Origin: Octopus sinensis
Lineage: Eukaryota
DNA: 64,000 nucleotides
Reading direction: 5' to 3'
Assembly: GCF_006345805.1 (NCBI RefSeq)
Contig: NC_043014.1
Coordinates: 30,814,001-30,878,000, forward strand
Shown piece after piece: positions 54,141 through 64,000 of the stretch; within the stretch, counting starts at the first letter, position 1, and the number at the start of each line of letters is the position of its first letter. The translations under genes were made by a program, and so were the position numbers. The notes under the pieces were generated by a model. It had not been told where the DNA came from. It did not search any database and saw nothing but the letters and a program-made list of their open reading frames with translations.

Positions 54141-57100
54141 AGATATGCACACGCAGTTTTGTTTACAGACATGAGAGAAAGTATTCAATACGTGTTAGTT
54201 CAGGTAGCCGGAGACCACTCATTTGTTTTGAGTGTATTCCAAAGGACACAAGCTAGAAACTTACGATAGCAGTAGTGGGTTATGACTTTCGAACTTGTGT
54301 TTGTGCAGTGAGATAATAGTAAAACATGGTACAGTTGGTAAACAGCCGGAAAACGGTAGAACGTAGAAAGGACGTGGACACACGCATCCCTCATCAGTTA
54401 TCGACCAAAAGTCATCGCAATTTCATCGCCTTATGGGTCATACCGTTCGGCTTGGTAGTGTCAACTACAAAAAGCTGCTGGAGTATAAATGAGCGAAGAG
54501 AATAAGAAACGTATAAAAAAATGACTGGATCTCTCGAGCGAACGGCAAAAAGGACGAGTTATGAAGAGAATGAGTAAGTATATCAAACAGAGAAGCTTTC
54601 CCACCATGCGGTTTTGGTGTTCGGTCACACTGTATAGCACTATGGGCAAATATTTTGTATTGTAGTCCAAGTTCGACTAAATCCTTGTCAGTGGATTTGG
54701 TAGACGGAAACTGAAAGAAGCCCGTCGTATGTATATATGTATGTACTTATCTCGCTGTTTATCTATCTATCTACATGCATATCTGTGTGCGTCTTTGTGT
54801 TTGTCCACCCTCCCACTTGATAACCAGTGTTGGTCTGTTTACGTCTCCGTAATCCAGCGATTCGTCATAGACACCGACAGACTTAAAAGTAAAAGAATTA
54901 CAGGATGGACGCAGTTCATTGACTGAAACAAGTAAAAATTAAAAGATATAACAAATGACCCAAGTATTTTGCATACATGGTCTTTTGGTCTTTTGGCAAT
55001 AAAGCAGAATTAAGACATGTGCACGTGACACTAATAGGATGAAGCGGTCTTTTCGGATTTCTAGACTTGGGAGATTGCTGTAGAAAAACAAGATGAACAT
55101 GCGTATTCCAAGAGCTGGAACTAAATCTAAAACAGATAATGTGTATGTGTGTACCTTTTAACCTGCTTCTTTCTCTGAAAGTGAAAGAAGAAAATCTTCT
55201 CTAGGATTCATTAATGGTCTTGCAGCGCAACACAGCTCTTGATGGTCATTTCATTCTCTGTTGACTCGTATGTTGAGGAACAACTGAAGAATGTCGGACA
55301 TGATCTCTTGTCTCCTCCAGAGGATCTTGATGTCATCATTGCAACTCTAAACGAGACATTCGTTAATTATAGTGTACTGTTGTTCAGTTGAGCGCTCTCC
55401 ATTTAATATCTGCAGCGAAGCGATTCGAATCCGATGAAACTTGTGATGACATTGTGTTTGTAAACAGCGATAATTTCGCGAGTAGCGGATTTCATCCATT
55501 GTCAGTTTAACATTACCTGGCCTTTTCGTTGCCTTCAACAGAGTACACTTTTGGCGCACACGCATACATACACACACACACACCTTAACGAATGTCAGTA
55601 ATTGCCTCCAAAACCTGCAACCTGACTTACAAACGACGTAACACGAGAAAAGAAAAAAAAAAACGCATTTAAAAACTTTATTATTCTTTTATTTGTTTCA
55701 GTCATTTGACTGCGGCCATGCTGGAGCACCACCTTTATATATTAGCTTATATCTGTTTCAGTAATGGATTTGTTCGTAGTTTTACTTGTCTTTTATTCGA
55801 TTTTCCGTGTAACCCCAACCAGTCCAGTTTTTATGCTATTAAATGTTCTCTGAGACCGACGAAAAATCGGATAAATGGACTGTAGTCGAGGTTTATTTTT
55901 TACTTTCAAGAAATTAACAGGACGACATAAAGTGAAAGAAAAAAAAAATGGCGTAACTAGAGACTACGTAAGTCGAAGTGCGCGCGCGGCGACTTTTCTA
56001 CGTATGATATGGCGTACGCAGTGAAACAAATTGCACTGAATTATTGTGGAAGATATAAACTCTTTAATACTGAGTAATGAAATAACAGTCATAGATAGAT
56101 AACTGATGCAACAAATGATAATTGTAAAATCAGATTTTGCTGGATTTAGTTTATCTTTTTTTAACGTCTTACTTGCTTCAGTCATTGGACTGCAGTCATA
56201 CTGGGACACCGCCTCGTCGCTAGTGCTTATGTTTTCTTTTTTAAGCTTGGTACTTATTCTATCGATATCTAATGCCGAATCGGTAAGTTACGGGGACGAA
56301 AACAAACCAAAACTGGTTATCAAGCGGTGGTGGGGGACAATCACAAAGACACAGAAGTGTGTATAACACACACACACGATGGGCTTCTTTCAGTTTCCGT
56401 CTATTTAATACACTCACAAGACTTTAGCCAGCCCGGAGCTATAGTAGAAGATACTTGCCCAAGGCGTCACAGTGAGTTTGAACCGGGAAGGATGTGGTAG
56501 GAAAGCACACAGTCAACGCCTGCGCTTAAATTGTTAACAATGAGCAATGAAATTTCCTTCAATAGATAACTGGTGTAACAAATGATGATTGTAGAATCAG
56601 ATTTTGCGTAAAATTCGTTTCATTTTATTTCATTTAACTATTAAACTGGACTATAGAATATTGGTGACTACCAATATGAAAACGTTCTTTTAATGTGATT
56701 GCCTAAAAAAAACATTTATTCATGGTAGATATTTACTTTTCATGTGACTCCATGACCTTTGCTGCTGTATTCCTATGTATTGTTGATGTCTATCAATTGA
56801 ATGCTTGCCGATTAGTTGCCGGTAATTTGTTTTATCTTCCACTTTGTCCGCCATGTTATATGTGCAAACTTCGAAAGAACCCCCACGAGTGTGTGTGTGC
56901 ATGTGCGCGCGCATACACATGCATACACACACACGCGCGCCTGAAAATGACGTCACGAGCTAATTGCGGGTGTCACAACTTGGCCAAATTTCTTTCAGAT
57001 CACCACGTAACTATTTGAAATGGAAAAGACACGCCAAAAGTAATGCCTTCAACACACACACACACAGGTGTGTTTGTTTGACAAGAAGTTTGTGTGGTCG

Positions 57101-57879
57101 TCTTGGTCTCCTACTACCGCTTCACAACCGGTGTTGGTTTGTTTACGTCCCCGTGACTTAGCGGTTCGGTTTAAGACACTGGTAGAATAAGTACCAGGTT
57201 TATAAAAGACAATTACTGGGTTCATTTCGTTTGACTAAAACACCAAGTAGTTACTTGGTGTTTTAGTCAAGTGAAATATGAAAGATATATATATATTTCT
57301 TTATTGCCCACAAGGGGCTAAACACAGAGAGGACAAACAAGGACAGACAAACGGATTAAGTCGATTATATCGACCCCAGTAACTGGTACTTATTTAATCG
57401 ACCCCGAAAGGATGAAAGGCAAAGTCGACCTCGGCGGTATTTGAACTCAGAACGTAGCGGCAGACGAAATACGGCTACGCATTTCGCCCAGCCTTTATAT
57501 GAAAGATATATATACTCCTTGTGAAATTATGCTCTCTGCACGCGAACCTTTCTAATACTTTGGGACAAAGCTTGATTTAGAAAGAGAGAAAGAAAAAACA
57601 TCAAACATTGTCATAAGTGGTTGACATTCGACGAAGAGTCTGCTCAGTTAAGACTGACTAGATTAATCAGAAATTTATCAAAAGCATTACTTCTAAGGCT
57701 GGTCGTCCTGCTAGTGTTTCTTTGCATGAAGCGAATGCCAGACACCTTTCTTCTCGTGGTATACAGTGACCTTCCTAGATGATTTAGTTTCTATTTCATG
57801 TCGACAGTTGTGTAGACTGACCACAAGTGTCCCGAGTAGAGACAACAGTTGATAGTCTAACGCGGATTTGAAACCCCTC

Positions 57880-58242
57880 TGTTTATCCTGCGTGCACACA
57901 CGTACGCATTTGGTTCTAAATGTGAAATGGTGCTGACATATGACAAACGAATGCCTTTATGGAGAAAGTTAGCCAGAAGATCAAGCAAAGATGGCTGCGA
58001 CTCTGTGGTCGGTGCGTGCTCCACCCTGAACTGGAAGCATCCAAATTAGTTTTGTGGAACCCTCTTCATGGTGATGCACGAAGAGCAAAACGTCGTCACA
58101 CATCGACAACTTAATCGCAGACACTGACTTGGGATGTTTCCAGGACCTCGAGGAGGTGGTGTTGAACCGAGGAGTGTGTCGGATGGACTTTGTTGCTACG
58201 GCCCGGGTTGGAACCCGGCCATAATGATAAAAATAATGATAA
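57880..58242 (+). mobile_element. 3' fragment of a second RTE-group LINE
   Basis: The plus strand reads VLNVKW..HMTNECLYG..KVSQKIKQRWLRLCGRCVLHPELEASKLVLWNPLHG..IDNLIADT, followed by a (TAA/TGA)n tail. Confidence 0.75.
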
Positions 58243-59307
58243 TTGCGTTCATTCAGGCGTTTAAAAAACAAGAAGTGATAAACTAGGAGCATTTTCTTTC
58301 ATGTTTGTACGCCCAAATGTGTGCTTATTTGGACACAAATTATATTTACTTGGAGAAACAGTCATCGCTCTCCTGTCGGTTTTCACCTAGTTTATATATA
58401 TATATATATATATGTATATATGTGTGTGTGTGTTATTTCGTGTTATGTTTTCTAATTTAGGATAGAAACGTGATGTGACGAAAATTCGGCACCTATTTCT
58501 ACCTAGTCGCCCCAATTAAATGCACCTTTGATCATTCCGTCTTTTTGTGTATCAAGAACTACATTGTCCAATATTTTCCTCTAAGATAGAGACCTCTTTC
58601 TGGAGACCAAGTTACGTAGTGCCATGCGGAATAACTTGTTGAATACAGAGATCCGACGACATACTTTGACGTCACTTTACCTGTTGGGGAAAATATAACC
58701 TTAGTCCTGAAGAAGACGGTAGACTAGACGAGACTAGTTTTCCATAAAAACCAAGTTCACATTCTCTCTCTTTTTCTATATCTGTTTCGGTAAATGATTT
58801 GTACATAGTTTCACACGTATTTTATTCGATAAACTTACTTTAGCTTCATGAGGATGTGTTTGTGTGTATGTGTGTGTGTGTGTGTGTGGTGTGTGTGTGT
58901 GCGCGTGTAGTTCCAGTTTATAGAAAACAAAAGGTGATGACAGGTGAGGGAACAAATGTGTGTGTGTGTGTGTGTTTACACCTTTAACCGATGTTGTATG
59001 TGTCGCTTGTAACATAGTAATTCGAAAAGTAGAGATTAACAAGGAAATTATTACCAGACAGAAATGATTACTGAGATCGACTAAAAAAAAATCCATGGAG
59101 GTGGCGCCTCATCATAACCGTAGTCTAATGACACACACACACTGTCTGTCTGCCTTTCTCTCTCTCTCTCAATTCAGAGGAAAGGTGGTGTCCATGATTA
59201 TTGTGACTATTTTCTAGACTTCTGCTTTTAGGAGGATGCTATCCTCCGACTTACAAATAAGAGACAGAAATTTTTTCTTTGAAATCTCTTTGATATATCA
59301 ATCTTAT

Positions 59308-59369
<62 letters not shown>

Positions 59370-59769
59370 CACCAAGTAGATTTCTTCTCTTTTACTTTTG
59401 TTTCGATGTTCATTTAGTCTGGACCCCTATACCGCTTCCCACAACTTTTCTCTTTTCTCCTATACTTGTTTCTGTCTTTGGACTATGGTCATGCTGGTGC
59501 ACCGCATCGAAAGGTTTAGTCGAACAAATCGATCCTGGTACTTATTCTATTGGTGTCTTTCCGAACCGCGATGTTACGAGGGCACAAACAAACCAACACC
59601 GATTGTTAAGCACACTTGGACACACACACACACACGATGGACTTCTTTCAGTTTCTGTGTAACATATCCACTCAGGCTTGCGGCTATAGCTGATGACAAA
59701 TAGCCTAAGGTGGGACTGAACTCGGGACCATGTAGCTGGGATGCAGAGATCTTACCACACAACCACGCC

Positions 59770-60610
59770 TGTCCCTGCGTCTTTTTTCTCTCATCTTTTA
59801 TTTGCCTTTTCTCCCTTTATCCTCCTTCTCTCCCGTCCCTCTCAGTCCCGTTTTCTGTTTCTGTTCTGCCCTCTTACTCTATGAATTACTTCACTATGTT
59901 CCCCCCCACCTTTCCTGTCTTGCTCCCTCCTCTTTCTCCCCCTCTCCTCTGTTTTTTCAGTACTGTCACCTCCTCCTTCCTCTGATCCATCCTCTAATTT
60001 TCCTTTAAAACTCTTTTCTCCACTCCCCCACCTCTCTTCTGTCTGTTCATATTTTCTCCCCTACCTCTTTTTTTGTTTTCTCATTTCTCCTTCTCCGCCT
60101 CCATTCATTCCACTCTTTTCCCTTACTCCTCCCATCTCTCCAATGTCTTCTCACAGTCGGTACCTTCACTCTCTCTCTCTCCCTCCCTCCGATGTCTTTT
60201 CACCTTCACTCCCTCCCTCCGTTTCTCCTATGTCTCCTCACAGTTGCCACCTTCACGCCTCCCCCCTCCGTCTTTCCAATTTTTCTTCACTGTTGCCACC
60301 TTCACTCACTCACTCTCTCCCTCCTATTTTATATATCAATGCTCTGTCTACGTTTGTCTTCCCCTCTCACTAACATCTTATTTTTCTCTATCCACCCTCT
60401 CTTCCCCTTTATAACTTTCCTCCTCACTCTCTCTATTTCATTCATCCGTCTTCTTTTACCGTTCGTAGTTTTTAACTCCCCCCCACCATCTCTCTCTTAC
60501 TGTCGTGTTATAACTTCTGTCTAATCACCTCCTTCCTCCTTCGCTTTTCTCCTACTCTCTCTCTTTCTCCCGATCTCACTCGCGCACCACCATTTCTCTT
60601 CCCCCATCTC
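59770..60610. repeat. Long polypyrimidine/polypurine low-complexity tract
   Basis: About 840 bp, strongly C/T on the plus strand. Confidence 0.85.
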
Positions 60611-60734
60611 CGTCTGATCAATTGCGTAATCTGTAATTGTATCAAGTTGGCCGCTGTTTTCAACCTGCTACGTTCGTAGCTGCATTTTCGATGAAAAATT
60701 TTTTTCCCCTTTCACACACAACCTGTCCTTCGCA

Positions 60735-61606
60735 TCAGTTTTAATTATTTTATTTTTAAAATTTTATTTACACGTAAGTTAAAAAAACAACTAAACAAAC
60801 AAACGTAGAAAAGAAACTATTACACATGCCTCAACACATGTTCTTTTTACTACACCAATTATAAATTTATCACTTTTAAGTTCGATTGTAATTCCGTTCG
60901 ATCTTGTTTCTAACCAGTTTTAATTTGGCATTACTGTTTTGTTCGGACAACCAGTCCCCCTTTTCTTGCACACAGTAAAAAAAAATTAAGAAACAGAACA
61001 GATACAACAAGTGTTAAAAGTTAAAACTCGGAATAACCATTTTTTTTTTTTTTTACTTGTTTTCAAGTCGATCTATTTCTTACCTCTTTCTCTCTCTTTC
61101 ACACACACACAAAAAAAAAGTGAGGGGTTCCGGAGTGTCTATTATACAACGAATATCTGTTTGACTGATTTATTTTCTATCGTTGTTATCGTTGTTGCCT
61201 CTTCGTTGATTGTTTTCTTTTCTAAAGAAGGTGGGGAAAAGTCTGGAAGAAGAAAAGGAACAAACAACTACAAGGCTACATAAAGTTAAAATAATAACGA
61301 TGATGTCACATACACACGCGCACTGTGCTGCTAGAACAATCGATACCAATATGATTTCTGTCCGCAGATTTTGCAGCTGGTGGGTTAGTGGGAAAGAAAA
61401 CAAATTACTGGACAAAACGAACAAAAAAGAAAGAAAAAAAAATGTTGTTGAAAACATAAAGAAAGAAAATAACTGGACATAAATTTTTGAAAATTTTGCG
61501 AAAAAGCCAAAGTTGAAGTCTTTTGGAGATTTTAAGTAAATCTAGTTTTGCAATATGTCCAAAGAAAATTTTTAAAAAATTCTACTATTTGGACTTCACA
61601 GGTCAG
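60735..61606 (+). other. Possible non-coding first exon of an unidentified gene
   Basis: Repeat-free unique stretch with an Inr-like TCAGTT at 60736, ending in a consensus donor CAG|GTAAGC at 61606/61607. No convincing ORF. Confidence 0.3.
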
Positions 61607-62879
61607 GTAAGCTGTGTTGTAATTTGAAAAAAAGAAAGAAAATCTGTGTGTTTGTAGTTGTTAGGGGTTTATTAAAATAATTGTTCGTCAGCCTTAGATA
61701 CTTTTAACCTCCTCGTACTGCTTCGCTCTATCTACCCCTATCGTTTAATCCAGGGGTGGGGTATCTCTCGCTCGTGGGCACTATTTTTGCCTTCATTATA
61801 AGTTGAAATAGCCTCTTGTCAGTATCTCTGAAACCCATAAAAAAGGCGGTTTACGGGTGAAAATTAAAAACAGTAATTTAATATTTGTTACATAACCTAT
61901 GAATTTATAATATTAAATATGCGCGCCGACAAGTTCTTATGCACTTGCAGGTTCATCTCCTGACACTGAGGTACCCCCACTCCCTAACGCATCTAATTCA
62001 GTGCATCGTACTTTTTCTTTTTTCATCCTCCCACCCCGCCTTGTGTCTTTGAGTTGGGGGCGGGATAACAACCGTTTAATGAGAGGAAAAGTGGTTCATC
62101 TTTGTCGCTTAGAGTGATTCTGTGTAATGGTTCTGGCTGGCTTGGGTGTAGACACTTTTATGTTGTGAGCGAAGAAATCTTTTTCTCCCTTACCCCTCTT
62201 TCTCTTTCTAACACCTTTCTCATCTTTTTCTCCTCCTTCTCTTTGTTCTTCCTTACCCGTGTTAGTGTGGCGAAGTAAAAATAAAAACGTTACGTAAAAA
62301 GAGTGTGTGTGGAAAAAAGGAAAAGAAAACAAAAAACAACCCCACAACGCAGTACAAAATAACTTCTCAAAACAGTTACAACTATCACCATAACTAGAGT
62401 TCTTCCGTTTTAACCACCTAGCGAGGTCAAACAATTTAATAATGGACTCGTGCTTGGATGTCATTGCTTGTTTTTCGGTAATTTCTTTGATGACAATTTT
62501 TTAAAAAAGTAGTTTGAAATAATATTTAAATAGTTGGATTCTTCTTTTTTTTTTTTTTGTAATGTAGGTTTGTGTATGTTATGCTACTAATATCTGTTTA
62601 GTGTCTTTGGAAAAGACCGAATGAATGTCGCAACTTGGCTGCTTCCTTTTCGTCACAAAAACTCATCAGTGGAAAAGTCTATCGTTATGCTGTATGTGTG
62701 TGTGTGTGTGTGAGATAGTGGTATGGACTTTTTTGTCTTCAACGCCGAGATTGCACTATAATCAAGTCTTTATTTCGGTTTAAGATGAAGCTGAATATTA
62801 CACTACACGAATTTGCTGCCCACTCTGACAACCATACAAGACTGGAAGGTGGAGAATGGAAAAATTTTTGTTGCATAAT

Positions 62880-63640
62880 GCAAAGCAACACTAACACTCA
62901 TTCACACATTCGCACAATATTCAACACATAAACACACTCCCACTAATGCAATTCTCCTAACACTAACGTACTCACCCACACACTGATGCACTCACCCACA
63001 CAAGCTCATGAACGCGGGCACCCACATATTCTAACGCATTCTCCCATATTAATGTAAACGGGCACGCACCCACACTATCGCAAGCACACTCATACTCTAT
63101 CGCACTCTCCCACATATGTTAATGCACGTGGGTACTCACATACATACTCATTCCTTCACACACACATGCATTCAGCTCACCTCCTAACGCGATTACCCAC
63201 TCACATTAAATTGCTCACCCACGTACTCTAATGCACTTACCCACACTCAAACGCACTTACACATTCACTCATACATGTGTAACATTCTTGCATTCACTGT
63301 CACACTTGTACTCTTTCACATACACTAATAACACACTTATATTCGCTAACATATTAACACTCAATCACTAACAGTCACTCATAGTAACATAATGCCCTAA
63401 CTCACCCATATTAGCTCATTTGCATTCATTCATTCTCTGACACTAGCATGCATTCATGCACACTCTCTCATATAGATATGCTTTCACAAATACTCATATA
63501 CTTACTCTCTCACTCTCACACACACCTGCAATTGGAAATATACTCAATGATACATTCATACATGCTAGTATATTCACACACTAACTCATTTACACTCAGT
63601 CACACACTTCTTCCTCTATTTTACACATATCTCTTGCATG
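62880..63640. repeat. CA/CTCA-rich degenerate low-complexity tract
   Basis: G-poor plus strand with recurring ctcacccaca and cactaa motifs. Confidence 0.8.
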
Positions 63641-64000
63641 TGTGTAGCCTCTCTATTCTACTCCAAGCCATTTTGAGTAGGACCAGAACATGGAGGATGG
63701 AAAGAAAAGGGAAGCCAAAATGAAAATCAGACGTTGGGATGAAACCTCTCAAAGCTCTCAACTGAAAAGTTCAGTGCATACCTTTCCAAAGTATTAAAAT
63801 GATAACTGATATTGTCTTTTAGAATAATTCTATTGAAAGGAAGCTGAGATCTGGTCAAATTAATCTTTTCAATGTGGAGGTATTTCAGATCTGAAATGTT
63901 GGTTTATTATGTAATGATATTGATTTTTGACATAAGTACAAGGCCTCAGTTTTATGATAGGACATAGTCGATCATATTGCCAAGTTTCAATTAGTACTTA

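Noticed and set aside
20333-54256. Dozens of Y/I/C/V/H/T-rich ORFs in the track
   Set aside because: These are translations of TA/TG/CA microsatellites, open in several frames on both strands.
54370-54435. Minus-strand CTGATGAG with a following stem as a hammerhead
   Set aside because: No GAAA follows stem II.
55180-55400. Exon-like unique stretch after a pyrimidine tract
   Set aside because: Early stops, no clear donor, and no similarity to RPB8 or other proteins I recognise.
57981-58292. 103-aa minus-strand ORF
   Set aside because: It is the antisense shadow of the plus-strand RTE fragment.

Overview
This is AT-rich eukaryotic DNA, almost certainly octopus (inferred from the SINE families and the huge TA/CA microsatellites). 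The only recognisable protein-coding piece is the first coding exon of POLR2H/RPB8 (13837-13909, +). I could not find its remaining exons in the following 50 kb. Head-to-head with it, the minus strand (~9300-13780) carries a chain of micro-exons with good splice sites but no ORF, and several of the introns hold hairpin-H box-hairpin-ACA structures. This is the best candidate for an unannotated system here: an H/ACA snoRNA host lncRNA sharing a bidirectional promoter with POLR2H. Most of the rest is decayed or nested mobile DNA: a Chapaev3-like transposase interrupted by a TTAA piggyBac-type MITE, RTE LINE pieces (one with a PHD-like insert in its RT), a Penelope RT/GIY-YIG element, short Penelope-type fold-back elements carrying minimal hammerhead ribozymes, Tc1/mariner copies, MITEs and many tRNA-derived SINEs. 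There is also a ~2.5 kb near-palindrome. Most ORFs in the supplied track are microsatellite artefacts. All calls were made by eye, without database searches or folding software.
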